Positions 20,501 through 31,600 of a stretch of 54,783 bases of DNA are shown here, piece by piece (the first letter of the stretch is position 1; each line of letters opens with the position of its first letter). The notes beneath the pieces are model-generated. The model had not been told where the DNA came from, made no database searches, and saw only the letters and a list, made by a program, of their open reading frames with translations. This DNA is from an uncultured virus (IMG/VR IMGVR_UViG_3300025844_000001) (lineage: Duplodnaviria > Heunggongvirae > Uroviricota > Caudoviricetes > Demerecviridae), in the IMG/VR virus record IMGVR_UViG_3300025844_000001; one strand, given 5' to 3'. The position numbers were made by a program, and so were the translations under genes.

Positions 20501-21575
20501 TATCTGCAATAGACTGTGCTCTATCAGCCTCATTTTTTGCTCTAACTGCATCAGTACTAGCAGATATAGCAGAAGCAGATGCATTAGCAGCACTATTAGT
20601 TGCAGAAGTTGCGGAGTTAGTTGCAGAAGTAGCTTTACTAGTAGCAGTAGTAGCACTAGTAGCTGCTGCAAGAGCATTAGTAGCCGTTTCATCCACTAGC
20701 CCTTGTATATTTGCCTCTACACTTAATACAGAAGTAGCACTAGAAGAAGCTATACTAGCTGCACTATTAGCTGAAGTAGCTGAAGTGCTGGCAGCAGTAG
20801 CTGAGTTAGCAGAATTAGTAGCTGCTTGTTGTGCTGATGTATCTGAATTTTCGGCAGATAAAGCAGCAGCCTCAGCGCTATCTTTAGCAGCAATAATAGT
20901 ATCAATATTAGTATTAGCGCTAGAAGCACTACTAGCCGCAGCTATAGCACTATCGGCAGCCGCTACCTTATCAGCTGCTGCGCTATTAGCACTAGCTAGT
21001 GCAGAAGTAGCACTGGCGCTTGCTTCAGTTGCTTTAGTAGTAGCTATATTAGCTTGGCTAGTTGCTGTACCAGCACTAGCTGCCGCAGCTGTCTTACTAG
21101 ATAAAGCTGAGCTAGCTGAGCTAGCTGCACTAGCTGCATCTGCATCAACAGCTAATGCTACTGAATCTATATTATTAGAAATAAGTACAACACTATTTGT
21201 AGCATTAGTAGCAGTAGTGGCAGCATCTGTAGCTATAGTAGCTTGGTTAGTAGCTATAGTAGCTTTAGTATTAGCAGTATTAGCTGAAGCCAAAGCACTA
21301 GCTGCACTAGCAGCAGCATCATCTGCCTCTGCTGCAGCAGCTAAAGAGTACGCCTGTGCAGAAGTATTACTGGAACTAGCGCTTGATGCATAGTTACTTG
21401 CAGCTAATGCTTCCGCCGCCGCACTATTAGCACTAGCTAATGCATCCGATCTAATTTGATCTAGCTCAGATCTACTAATACCACTAAGACCTGCTGTAAG
21501 TACTTGTACAACAGAACCTACACCAGTCTCAGCATTAGTTTGGCTATCTCTTTTAAAAAACTCTACTATAATCAC
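17571..21575 (-). CDS. ltf: L-shaped (lateral) tail fibre, T5 pb1-like, with C-terminal intramolecular chaperone (peptidase S74-type)
   Basis: Ala/Ser-rich N-terminal coiled coil, KPTTLAGYGITDA repeats, HxH motifs, C-terminal SDIRVKSN..GVIAQ..coiled coil. Confidence 0.88.
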   Translation of the reverse strand: MIIVEFFKRDSQTNAETGVGSVVQVLTAGLSGISRSELDQIRSDALASANSAAAEALAASNYASSASSSNTSAQAYSLAAAAEADDAAASAASALASANTANTKATIATNQATIATDAATTATNATNSVVLISNNIDSVALAVDADAASAASSASSALSSKTAAAASAGTATSQANIATTKATEASASATSALASANSAAADKVAAADSAIAAASSASSANTNIDTIIAAKDSAEAAALSAENSDTSAQQAATNSANSATAASTSATSANSAASIASSSATSVLSVEANIQGLVDETATNALAAATSATTATSKATSATNSATSATNSAANASASAISASTDAVRAKNEADRAQSIADSMGGTGGGTWGGIVGTLSDQADLQLVLDGKLDAAANAVSATKLTTARTISFTGDATGSTTFDGTANKAVALTVAKAAKWTTARTLSVTGDATGSVIIDGSGNMSLALTVGGLSASIPFSQITSKPTTLAGYGITDAATSGHTHTFASITGKPTTLAGYGITDAATSSHTHSPTQVGLGNVVNVLQYSASNTNIGTGATNYAAGNHDHSSISGTSGSSLYLVRQDTRTENLPPSGYSDSGVGYHFKQNTADGFTAGGGTYHRVLNLDAWGGISGGLSGQLAFGDNGVVGYRGSVSEATWSGWKTFVFTGENIGGGASNYAAGNHSHSQYVLNNGYDEVQELTFQGGISDPNFTNNDSSCWNNNGTVPFKIVRGNNAAAIWLKNGDVSNSRELNIQCGHSSTGYAYIGGIINLNPNGGTVMANGNPLYHAGYNNIGSGATNYAAGNHGHLNQYIGSQYANGYAGILGQDNSNATWVRTTTLGILPYQAGGYSSIGTTTWPFSAIYSTNFYGTFKGHADTATWADTVDVNSNNLSAYWYDVVWHSGDTVYSSANVEIQGSTGTLRAARLQVGTATGYFYGDANYTQFTGGNMYFNTGVGIFYNYAGTTYHGNTSGCDQNFRGNNLYGNSWNILASGAINVAGGTVAQNGYLEFAGNSTWGGILRVGGNGRTITTALGSSIASTNGNLHIDCGTTGTLHLNYYSGNGGIIFGNGANGNVGNLSSSGSLTLSGAITVAGNVNSNGDTYYGDGKGVIQFSDSWLRINPLNAFSSGIYCGSSVLRTDGQLEVGSNGGSFKVTSTGTVSMAGDLTVGSGTASNIYMTDTDNTTRRIHCNSNRIGFLNSSSGWSAWSDNTGNWVCAYTVYGADCISTSDIRVKSNLELIQNARWMVNQLDGWTFDRSDMDGRRHGGVIAQKVEEVYPVAIFKTEDEVLGEKLNVSSTALIGLLVAAFKEQDAVITKQQAEIDSIKQMLLDLNIGR

Positions 21576-21585
21576 GTTATTATCC

Positions 21586-21978
21586 TCATTTATTTAATAC
21601 TTGGTTTAGGTATACTTTACCTCCAACTATCTTAATTTTAGTACCTAAGTTATTGGTAGCTACTATATCATAGTAACCCCATAGGTATGTAGGATCAGGT
21701 CCTAACTCTATATTCGCACTAGCAGAGGCTGGTAAAGTAACTAAAATTTCACCAGCAGTTGCATTCTCAATAGAAACGTTAAACGAGGCTACTAATGAAG
21801 CACTACTACTATAATTCTTTTTTATATCTCCAGATAAACTAACTATGTCAGATAAGTCTATTGGGGTCTTTGTTGTTTGGCCTGTTTGGGCGTCTTCGAC
21901 CAAGTTGGCCAGACCCAGGTATATTTCATATAACATACCTGAATCTACATATAAATTAAATGTTGGATTATTTTCCAT
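21586..21978 (-). CDS. Tail-tip collar protein (T5 p132-like)
   Basis: 130-aa BppU-like ORF between the pb4-like and L-fibre genes. Confidence 0.7.
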   Translation of the reverse strand: MENNPTFNLYVDSGMLYEIYLGLANLVEDAQTGQTTKTPIDLSDIVSLSGDIKKNYSSSASLVASFNVSIENATAGEILVTLPASASANIELGPDPTYLWGYYDIVATNNLGTKIKIVGGKVYLNQVLNK

Positions 21979-21979
21979 A

Positions 21980-24900
21980 TTAACCCTCCGTAGAGATTAA
22001 TGTTAATGTCTGTGCTTGTACACTAGAAGTTACATGATATCTAGTATACGCTGTTATTTTAACTCTATAAATAAAGTCTCCTGTAGCTGCTGAAGTATCT
22101 GGGAATGTTAAAGAACCATCCACAAATTCAGTAACATCATACTGCCCCGTTTCGGGATTAGATCTAGAAGTAGTGGAACCACTAAAGGTACCAGAAGTCA
22201 ACACTGTGAATGCCGCTCCACCAATGCTACGTTCTAATGTCCAAGATACGCTCGGTTGCGTTAGAGTACCTGGCGCAGTGCTTGTACTGCTACTAGCTGC
22301 TAGGGAATATGATACAACAACAGTCTTAGACCCACCATTGGTAGCAAAAGGCCCTACCTCTACAGGATATGTATTAAGTACGTATTCTGTCTTTAAAGAG
22401 TTTGTAACTCCTGATTTAAGAACACCAGCACTTAAACTACCACCAAAGTAAGCATCACCAGTAGCTGTTAAGTAGGTTATAGCATTACTCTTTAGTAATG
22501 AGTTCCACGAAGGATTACCTAGTTCATCAACTAATCTTGGCCCCGTCCATTCAATTAGGCTATGTGGGCCAAATGGAGTAGAACTAGTAACTCGCATAAT
22601 AGTAGATCCAATCATCTGCACAGTACCACCATTAATTACAGGTGCTTTTATTTCTGTACCAGCTACAAACCTATCACCTAATACTGAGCCGGATGCTATC
22701 ATATCTCCATGTACCATAAGTCCAGGAGTTACCCAACTAGATCCATTAAATCTTTTAGTATTAGCTATAGAGAAGTCAGTTGCTTTATAGATAGTAACTA
22801 CATCATCCTGAACTGGGTAACCTGGAACAGCAGATGCAGCAGTAGTATCACTCCAAGCACCTGTAGATGTAGCAATAGTAAATGTACCCGCGCCCCTAGA
22901 GCCTACGTCTCCATTTTGTGCTAAAACTACCGGAGTAGCCCACTCAGTCGCAGCAATTACATCAGTACTACTAGTAGATACTGCGGTTGCCGTAGTAACA
23001 TATAGTGGATCAGTACCTGAAGGTATTCCTTGAACCCAAGCATTGTTAGCTCCAGTTAGTACACCGCTAGCAAATGTATACGTAGTAGATACTGAAGGTT
23101 TAGTAGGTACTACAGTAGATCTTCTATATAAGAAAATAGCTGCGGTATTTACACCATCACTACCATCTGCTCCATCAGAGGCTAATATAGTAGGGGAAGT
23201 CCATTCATTACTCGCTATAGTATCAGAACTAGAGGCAGAGCTTGCTGTGGCCGCTATTATATAAACTGGGTCAGTACCTGCAGGTACACCTATAGTCCAC
23301 CCATTATCAAATCCTGTAAGAGTTTTAGTAGTAAAAGTATAGATACTATTAGTAGTAGGTAATGCAGGGGTACTAGCACTTCTTTTATATAAGAATACTG
23401 TAGCGTTATTATAGCCAGGTACACCATTAGCTCCATTAGCCCCATTAATACCATTAACACCATTAATACCACTAAAACGTATACTAGCACTCCAACTATA
23501 TCCTGTTTGTAATACCCCTGTAACATCGTTAAGAAGTCCCTGAGATACCCAAACATTTTCATTACTATTAGCAGGGGCAACTGGTATAGTAGACCACCCA
23601 GCTGGTGGATAAGCATTACCTGTAGGAGATTCTTGTGTGGCACTAGACTTATATACATAAACAAAACGCTTAGCAATAGTATCTTCTAGTGGAATATCCC
23701 CATTAACAGTACCAATAACTACTTGACCCGATATTAGTAACTTAGATCCATCCCAGCGTATATACTTAGCAGAGTTACCTAAATCAAACTTATAAATACC
23801 ACTAGTATTATCGTAACCAGTCCATATACCTGAAACGCCACTAGCATATGTCTTACCCTCAGTATAAAGGGCAGGGTTATCTGTACCAGTAAAGTTAGTA
23901 AGTACGAAACTAGCCGCATTAATTTTCTTTGTTATTACACCACCATCTACAGACAATACACCAGTGGTTCCATCAATCTGTATCGGATGCTTACCAAAAA
24001 TAGGAGTACCAAAACCAGCATTACCTGTATTAGCATCTAGTTTAAATGTTACTATCCTAGCTAGTGGGCCATTTCTATACGCGGTAATACCATTATAGTT
24101 TATATCAATAAGAGTTTCTTTAGTAAAGCTATTATCTAATACAGAGCTACTGGTAATAGTTAAATCTAGTATCCCAGAATTGGCTCTATAGTTAACTTCA
24201 CCATAAGACATAGATACTATGCGAATCTTATGTGGTATATTAAATGGAAAATTAGTAATAATAGTAGATAATGTATTACCAACAGCTAGTGTTTTTGCTT
24301 TATCGAAACCATTAATTGCATAATCAGCAGTAGATGTATATTCAACAACAAAACCTCTTAATCCTGCACCCGTACCTTTAACCCAATTCCAAGTTAATTT
24401 TACATCGTATCGTTCAAAGGAATCATTAATTTTAGCTATTTTAGCTGTAGGGGTACTTGGTGTACTAGGATTAGAAAAGTTAAGCCCTACATCCACAATA
24501 TTAGGCCATACTACATAGTTAGAGCCTTCTTCAATAACACCAACACCATTATAGAATGCACCTTTAACTCTAAACTCTAAAGAACCTAGTTTAGGAGCAG
24601 GTATAACAACACTAGAACTCATTGGTCCAGAGTAAATACGCTCCCATGCGGCAGTACCCTCTCTATACTCTACTATAAGTACATCACATGCACCTACTAA
24701 GGCAAAGTTAAGATTAGGTATAGTTACACCAATATCTACGTCTAATGTTTCAAAAGTAATACCTGTTATACTAGGACCACTTTGTGTTACTACTGTATAA
24801 GGGTCGGATACTTCTATCAGTACTTTAGCATCCAAGGTAGCATCATTACTAAAACTATCATAAAATGCACCTGTTACAGTATAACTTTTATTTGCTAGTA

Positions 24901-25111
24901 ATCCACCTAAAGAGGCTGAATTACTAAAAGGATCTAACTTGTAGGTAGTAGGAGGCAGCGCAGAGCCGTCCTCCTGAACCCAGAATATTCTACCTAGAGC
25001 ATCATAGTCTCCAGAGGTAGAGTGAGATACATATAGCTTATTAAAACCACCACGTACCTCAGATATAACCATTTTTTGTGGTGCTAAGTTAATCAATTTA
25101 TTGTACTCCAA
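21980..25111 (-). CDS. Central straight tail fibre (T5 pb4-like) with extended C-terminus
   Basis: N-terminal FNIII-like domains, GxNG collagen-like stretch, internal repeats; synteny. Confidence 0.75.
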   Translation of the reverse strand: MEYNKLINLAPQKMVISEVRGGFNKLYVSHSTSGDYDALGRIFWVQEDGSALPPTTYKLDPFSNSASLGGLLANKSYTVTGAFYDSFSNDATLDAKVLIEVSDPYTVVTQSGPSITGITFETLDVDIGVTIPNLNFALVGACDVLIVEYREGTAAWERIYSGPMSSSVVIPAPKLGSLEFRVKGAFYNGVGVIEEGSNYVVWPNIVDVGLNFSNPSTPSTPTAKIAKINDSFERYDVKLTWNWVKGTGAGLRGFVVEYTSTADYAINGFDKAKTLAVGNTLSTIITNFPFNIPHKIRIVSMSYGEVNYRANSGILDLTITSSSVLDNSFTKETLIDINYNGITAYRNGPLARIVTFKLDANTGNAGFGTPIFGKHPIQIDGTTGVLSVDGGVITKKINAASFVLTNFTGTDNPALYTEGKTYASGVSGIWTGYDNTSGIYKFDLGNSAKYIRWDGSKLLISGQVVIGTVNGDIPLEDTIAKRFVYVYKSSATQESPTGNAYPPAGWSTIPVAPANSNENVWVSQGLLNDVTGVLQTGYSWSASIRFSGINGVNGINGANGANGVPGYNNATVFLYKRSASTPALPTTNSIYTFTTKTLTGFDNGWTIGVPAGTDPVYIIAATASSASSSDTIASNEWTSPTILASDGADGSDGVNTAAIFLYRRSTVVPTKPSVSTTYTFASGVLTGANNAWVQGIPSGTDPLYVTTATAVSTSSTDVIAATEWATPVVLAQNGDVGSRGAGTFTIATSTGAWSDTTAASAVPGYPVQDDVVTIYKATDFSIANTKRFNGSSWVTPGLMVHGDMIASGSVLGDRFVAGTEIKAPVINGGTVQMIGSTIMRVTSSTPFGPHSLIEWTGPRLVDELGNPSWNSLLKSNAITYLTATGDAYFGGSLSAGVLKSGVTNSLKTEYVLNTYPVEVGPFATNGGSKTVVVSYSLAASSSTSTAPGTLTQPSVSWTLERSIGGAAFTVLTSGTFSGSTTSRSNPETGQYDVTEFVDGSLTFPDTSAATGDFIYRVKITAYTRYHVTSSVQAQTLTLISTEG

Positions 25112-27930
25112 TTATATGATGCGGCAGTACCTCCACTTTCAGCTCGTATTTTAAACTTCAACTGTCTATTAGCTCCTAGTGACCCTATAGTACGGGTATA
25201 GTCTTCAATATTTTGTGTGAAGGTATAGGTAAAAGTACCTGTTGCTGTGCCGGAATCTGCTATCTCTATTTCTCGTAATATAGTATCATTAATATCTAAA
25301 ATTTGCAACCTATATATTATAGAGGGAAGCGAACTTTGGATACTATCCCATTGTAAATGAACATAGTTTTGTATAAACCTATTAGTGTGCCCAGGTTCCA
25401 GATTATTTACTACAAAGTTAGTAACATCTGGAAGATATTTAGTTGGTGTTACATTAACCTGAATACTAGTAGGTGCACTAAATTTACCTGCTAGATTTAC
25501 GGCCTTAACTGTAAATGTATAGGAACCGATAGGTAAGTCAACAACTGGATACTCAACTCTAGTAGTCTGTGTACCTGTAGTAGGTTTAGCTACTATTATA
25601 AGCTGGGGAGCACCATCATAGAATACTGTATAGTGCGATATATCTGTGCTTAAACTAGGAAGCCAAGATACTATACCATTTAAATTAGCAATAGATTCTG
25701 TAGTATTAGGTGTATAGGTTAAATCTCTAACAGGGAGTGTAGCAGGTGTATGTACTACTCCCTCATTATCCCCTACTTGTGCCTGTCCAGAGTTAATAAA
25801 TACATCAGGTGGAAACTCCATAACTGTTACTTGTATCTTACCATTACTAAGTATATCTAGGGAATCTACAATGAAACGTTTATTAATCCAAGAGAATCTC
25901 TTATATGTAATATTAATATTATCATTTGGAGATAGGCTGCCTAAGTAGTAATATGGTAAAGTAAAGCTAATAGATCTAGAGAATCTAGACTTCTTTAACT
26001 CTCTATCTACAATCGATCTAGCTGTATAGTAGTTAGTAACAAATGGGAAAGATATATTTAACTTCTTCTCAACACCTCTATCCTCAGTCTTATATACCCC
26101 ATCATAGAATGTAATAGTATTAGTAGCCCATCCTTTAGCAGGATCTAGTATAGATGCAGAAACAGTATTATACTTCTTAGTTCCAGTCATATCCTTAACA
26201 GTAATATCATCTATACTATTATCATCTAAGTCAATAGATATTACAGCATGGTCATCACTTTCTACCTTTAAGAAGTATCTACCACCAAACTTATTTAAAG
26301 AACATTGGGTTTGGTTAAGCATAGATTGAATATTTTTAAATACAGTATCTTCGGTCTGAATAACCATATTAGTCTGCATAGTTGTACGTTGGCTATCAAT
26401 AGAATCTGTCCAACCTAAATATCTCCAATAAGGAACCCAAGATGCTTCATAGGAATCATCAATAAGCTCAAACTTATTAGCAACATCTTCGAATGACTGT
26501 ATATCAAACTGACTTATGGGTAATGTAAGCCCATATACAGGTGATTTAATGTAGTCAAGTAGTTGCCAAGCCATGTTATTACTAGTAGTAGTTTGAGTCT
26601 GCTCAAACCCTGCTGAGTATGTACTAATAATCTTTCCACGTAGTTCTGCTTCTAGCTTAGGTATAGATGTTCTACCACCCTCTAAGTCACTTAAACTATA
26701 TCTACAAATAACATAAGCTGTATCTAGTAGTTTAAAGCTAGAGTCCCAATACTCTGGGCCTTGGTTATTTAATCCTTGAAGATAGAATTCCCCATTAGTT
26801 GCTTTTGTTACCATAGTAGAAGAAGCTAATTGATTAGCTAAACCATGAAAAGTTCGTATAGACACTTCCCCTTGCCCATCGTCAATAATATATTCTTGAC
26901 CATGTACACTAACTGGAGAAGTAGCTCCTGGAGAGCCAGCTACTAAATTAATAGTATCACCATTTACTTCTTTTCTACCAAAACATACTCTACCACCTGA
27001 GTCAGCCTCACTAAAGCATATAATTGGTGCATCATCTAAGTAGAAGTCTAAGAACCCCTCAATCTCTCCCTCACAGAATGCATATACAATCCACACCTGA
27101 GATGGATCATTTCTATCTGTATCAGCAAAGATAGGTATACCTTGTACTTTTTGAGTACCATATATAACAGGGATAAATTTAGCACTTAAATCAAAGCGTA
27201 AATCAACCTCTTTAGTTACTACTTCAGTATACTCTTGCATAGAATAGCTTTTAGACAAACCAAACCAGCTAGACTTTTTATTAAGCTTATACTTAGTTTC
27301 TTCAGTCTGGTATTGCGCTAGGAATGTTGTACTTTTATTCGCGTGGAAGAATCCTTTATCAAAGGCATACTCTGGTTTCTTAGTTGCTACAGAGGGAACC
27401 CATACACCATTCTCTACTACCATACCTCTATGGGCGTAATCATCTGTAATACGACCAGTTACTTGTTGGAAATCTTGGAAGTGGTTAGCACATTCCCATT
27501 CAATAGTAGAACTACCTACCCCAGAACCACGTTTATCATCAACAGAAGCTCCGGTAATAATACCCTCCATAAGGATAACTTCTTCACCAATAGGTTCTTC
27601 AGTTACAGAGTCAAAGAATACATGAGATATACGTAAAGACTTATTTAGAAAGGAAGAAGAAGAATCAATAGCTAAACTAAGCTGTTCTTGATCTAACCCT
27701 GTAAAGGATATTTTAGTCTTATGTGCAGTTAGTTGTTTCGTAAACTTGATAGTTTTTACTTCTTTAACTACGTTAGATTGGTATACTACACCATTATATG
27801 TTAAATCTCTACCGAAGTCAGTATAGTACTTATAGATAGGTGCTATCTCAGTACTATTAGGATCTTCTAGTCTTATTAAGGCTGCACGTAGAGTATGCAA
27901 CCTATCTTTTAATAAGTTAATATTAGCCAT
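25093..27930 (-). CDS. Baseplate hub / Tal protein (T5 pb3-like)
   Basis: 945 aa; IPVIYG, CEGEI, C-terminal FNIII; synteny. Confidence 0.88.
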   Translation of the reverse strand: MANINLLKDRLHTLRAALIRLEDPNSTEIAPIYKYYTDFGRDLTYNGVVYQSNVVKEVKTIKFTKQLTAHKTKISFTGLDQEQLSLAIDSSSSFLNKSLRISHVFFDSVTEEPIGEEVILMEGIITGASVDDKRGSGVGSSTIEWECANHFQDFQQVTGRITDDYAHRGMVVENGVWVPSVATKKPEYAFDKGFFHANKSTTFLAQYQTEETKYKLNKKSSWFGLSKSYSMQEYTEVVTKEVDLRFDLSAKFIPVIYGTQKVQGIPIFADTDRNDPSQVWIVYAFCEGEIEGFLDFYLDDAPIICFSEADSGGRVCFGRKEVNGDTINLVAGSPGATSPVSVHGQEYIIDDGQGEVSIRTFHGLANQLASSTMVTKATNGEFYLQGLNNQGPEYWDSSFKLLDTAYVICRYSLSDLEGGRTSIPKLEAELRGKIISTYSAGFEQTQTTTSNNMAWQLLDYIKSPVYGLTLPISQFDIQSFEDVANKFELIDDSYEASWVPYWRYLGWTDSIDSQRTTMQTNMVIQTEDTVFKNIQSMLNQTQCSLNKFGGRYFLKVESDDHAVISIDLDDNSIDDITVKDMTGTKKYNTVSASILDPAKGWATNTITFYDGVYKTEDRGVEKKLNISFPFVTNYYTARSIVDRELKKSRFSRSISFTLPYYYLGSLSPNDNINITYKRFSWINKRFIVDSLDILSNGKIQVTVMEFPPDVFINSGQAQVGDNEGVVHTPATLPVRDLTYTPNTTESIANLNGIVSWLPSLSTDISHYTVFYDGAPQLIIVAKPTTGTQTTRVEYPVVDLPIGSYTFTVKAVNLAGKFSAPTSIQVNVTPTKYLPDVTNFVVNNLEPGHTNRFIQNYVHLQWDSIQSSLPSIIYRLQILDINDTILREIEIADSGTATGTFTYTFTQNIEDYTRTIGSLGANRQLKFKIRAESGGTAASYNWSTIN

Positions 27931-28549
27931 TTGTTACATGCTCCTCTAGTTCTAGAGTAAACCCAGAGTAATGTCTATCTGAAGTAAAGGTAGATTCTAC
28001 TGCTTCTGGTTTAGCTAGTACTGTTTGAAATAGTATACCATTAAATACAGGCTTTTCATTACCTGTAGTAGGTACTCGTAAATTAGGATAAACTTCTAGT
28101 GTTAGTATAGTACCTACTAATACTACATTAGTTATCTTATATACCTTGCTACTATGGTTAGTTAACTGAAATAGGTCACCAGCTTTTGGTGCCCCAGTTA
28201 GATTGTAATTCTGCATAGTAAGGTTATTACCTTGTTGTCCTGCTGCAATTGTGATACTACTAGGATCTCCTATTGTATGGAAATTCTCATACTGTGGTAG
28301 TAAAACCATTAAAGGTTGACCCTTATGTTTGCAGTTTAGTAAGGAAGTACTTAAAATGTATTGCTCTTCAGGGAATAACTCAGAGTAAGTTAGGGATATA
28401 CTCCAATATTGTGCACCGCTAGCTAAAGTAACTACGCTACCTCCGGCTAGTCTATCCCTATAGATTGGGTAATTATCAATCAGACGTACATCTGTGAACC
28501 CAGGTGCATTAGGGTTAGTAAGTGGATCTGGTAATCGTAAAGTTGTCAT
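27923..28549 (-). CDS. Distal tail protein (T5 pb9-like)
   Basis: N-terminal RLPDP.TNP..PGF; 208 aa; follows the tape measure gene. Confidence 0.88.
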   Translation of the reverse strand: MTTLRLPDPLTNPNAPGFTDVRLIDNYPIYRDRLAGGSVVTLASGAQYWSISLTYSELFPEEQYILSTSLLNCKHKGQPLMVLLPQYENFHTIGDPSSITIAAGQQGNNLTMQNYNLTGAPKAGDLFQLTNHSSKVYKITNVVLVGTILTLEVYPNLRVPTTGNEKPVFNGILFQTVLAKPEAVESTFTSDRHYSGFTLELEEHVTNG

Positions 28550-28584
28550 TTTAGTTCCTCAATGATGTTTATTAAACTATATGT

Positions 28585-28613
28585 GTTATATCATACTATA
28601 AAAGATTTGTAAA
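28585..28613 (-). promoter_or_regulatory. Late promoter for tail-tip genes
   Basis: Minus strand TTTACA-17-TATAAC. Confidence 0.6.
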
Positions 28614-28643
28614 GTAAAGTTTTTAATCTAAATTTATTAAAAT

Positions 28644-28670
28644 AAAAAGGGACAGCCAATTGACTGTCCC
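28644..28670 (-). terminator. Terminator after the tape measure gene
   Basis: Minus strand GGGACAG..CTGTCCC then TTTTT. Confidence 0.75.
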
Positions 28671-28684
28671 ATTATGATTACTAG

Positions 28685-31600
28685 TTATCTCTCTAAAGTA
28701 TAACCCCTAGAGTTTGCTTCTGCCTCTACAGCAGCAAAGATTTCAGCAGCTCTATCTATAACAGACTGAGAGTCAAGTGCATTAATAGTAAGTGCCATAC
28801 CTATACCTTTTCTTCCTGAAGAAGTTCCATCTACATTCTCAGCAGAAGTAACACTAGTTCTAGAACTATCAGAAGATACAACCTCTATGCCATGTTCACC
28901 AGTAGCATAAGAAACGTTAGGACTCATGTTATTACCACGTGCTCTAGGTACAAAGTCTTGAATTCCACCAACACCGCTATTACCGCGAACATAGTTTAGT
29001 TCTCCACTTGTAGCTCCTTTATCTAGGTTAACAACGTTATCTCTACTACCTAACTCTAGTTTACCTATATTACCAGCCCCTGAAGGGTCAGCAACGGTTC
29101 CAGAATCAAGTGAAGATAGCTGCATAGCACCCATAGCTGCAATCATAGCAGCAGGTACTGCGCCCCATGGACCTAACTGAGCAAATGATTGCATGATACC
29201 AGCAGCAGTACTTGAAACAATACTGATTCTTTTGGCTTTCATTTCTTCATTTTTACGCTTAGCTTCTAGTTGTGCTATCTTTTTCTTAGACTCAGCAGAT
29301 TTACCATCCTTTTTCTTTTCTGCCTCTATTTGCTTATCAATATCCTGAATAGCTTGGTCTGACATAAATGACATAACACCAGCAGCAGCTTGGATACCTG
29401 AGCTAACACCATTCCAAACCCCCTCTGAAGTATTACCCATATTTTTCAATGCGTAAGTAAACTTCTCTAGGCCATCGAACATAGATCCCATAGCTGGGTC
29501 AAAACCATCTAATACAGCTCTAGATGATTCGTATATTGATGCCCCAATTTGGTTTTGGTAGGCCAACTCTTCTTCCATATTCATAGCTATAGTAGACTGC
29601 ATACCTATTCTAGACATAAATAGGTTTTGTAATGTAGCCTCCCTACTTAATTCCATCTGCTGTAATTGGACTTTTAATGCTAGTTCATTACTTAAACGCT
29701 CTAAGTATTGATCATGGAACTCAGCTCCTTTAGCTTGTGCAATAGCAGTTTGTTGCTCTGCTAGCTGTACCTGCTTAGTTAGGTCACTAATAGGCCCAGC
29801 ATTACCAGTAGAGTTACCTTGATTTAATGCATCTGTCTCTTTACCAAACTTGTTAGTTAACTCAGCTTTATCTAAGTCCGTACTCTTCTGTTTAGTTTGT
29901 AGTATCTGCATCTCAAGAGCAGCTCGCTCAGCTAGTGGTTTATTCTGTGCTACTGCTAAATCTAGTTGTTCCTGTTGGAATATCAACTGTTGAGTTGTTA
30001 TAGCTTTCTGTCTAACATACTCAGATGAAGCATTAGCTACTTGATCAATATATGTAGCCTGTAATAATGATAGTTCTCTAGTAGACTGAGATGCATCTAA
30101 TAGTGCTCTAGCCTCTGCTTGTAATAAGAAACCACGCTCACTTATTAAAGTATTACGCTGAGCTTCTAGTTCTAATATTGAACCCTCTGATTTAGTTGCA
30201 GAAGCTTGCTTAGCTAGTGCTATCTCTTTAGTTAGAAGATTAATACTTTGTTGTTGTAACTTAAGTGCAGTAGTTTCTGTAGCAACCCCTTTCTGTGCAT
30301 CAGACCAAGTAATAGCTGCTTGTGATGCCCCAAGTGTGGCAGTAGCAACTGCTACTTTCTCCATTGCAGCCTGTAGGTTAGTATAACCATCTATAGTCTC
30401 CTTGGAGATTTTAATTTCCTTATAGAACTCCTCAGCCGTACCACCAATAGCTATAAAGTTAGCTAACCCCTCACTTACACTAGTTAAATTATTTTGTAGT
30501 ACTTCATAAGGTTTAGCTACCCCCTTTACTGCTGAAGTAATCTTTGTATATTCTTCTGCACTTTTAGCAATAGATGCAGCTTCTTTATACGCCTCATTAC
30601 CTGCTTCTATTTGTGCATCTGAGTGCTTATTCAAATACGTCTTACCTGACTCAAGGGCCTCATTATACACTCTCATCTTAGCAGTTACTGCATCAATAGC
30701 TGACTCTATACCACTAATCTGTCTATAAATTAAATTCTTCCCTAAGTTATCTGGTGTTGCCGCTAAAGTATCTCTCATAAGTTCAGCTTGATATTGTAGG
30801 TTTAACATATCAGCATTTAACTTTTTATACTGTGCTTGCGCTTTAGCATCTCCAGTTAACATACTATATACACTACCTTTATCCCCTGCCTCAATAGACT
30901 TCTTAAGAGTTTCAAGATTAGCTTCTATAACTTTTTGACCTTTAGTAAGATTATCTTCACTAAATATATTAGCAGCTGCTGCAGCCGCTGGTTCTAGGAA
31001 TCCTGAAATCCACTGTTTACCTCTAGTAGTTGCTCCAGATAGTGAAGCACCTAATCTTTCCCAACCAGTAGCTTGGGTAAGGGGGTCTACTGCAGACTGT
31101 CTTGCTTCAGATTCTTTAAGAACAGCGTTTAAGTATGCCTGTTGTTTTTGATAACCAGATAAAGAATCTGCTGTCTTACCGATACTACGTGCATACGTAT
31201 CATAGGCTTCTGTCAACCTAACTGTAATACCTAATTCATCTAATAATTCAATCTCTAACTTAGACACACCACGTATAATACGGTTTAGCGCATCTGTCAT
31301 ATCTACACCTAGAGCAACTGAGGCTCTACGAGCAGCTATGGTCATATCAGTAATTTGTTCTGCACCAAACCCATATGTGGCAGCAGATGTAGCTTGTCTT
31401 AGTGCCTGCTCATAACTAATAGTATAACCTGTTGCTTCTTCCATATCACGAGCAATACTTTGTATAGGAACACCAACTTGTGCCCCTAGTATAGTACCAA
31501 CTTTTTCTAACCTATTTAACTGATCTCCCTCTGTCATTACACGGAAAGCCTCAGATAAAGTAAATACGTTAGCAGCTATAACAGCATATAGACCTGGTAG

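Noticed and set aside
20785..21393. 202-aa Ala/Leu-rich plus-strand ORF
   Set aside because: Antisense shadow of the GCT/GCA-rich tail fibre coiled coil; the other short antisense or overlapping ORFs in the track were rejected likewise
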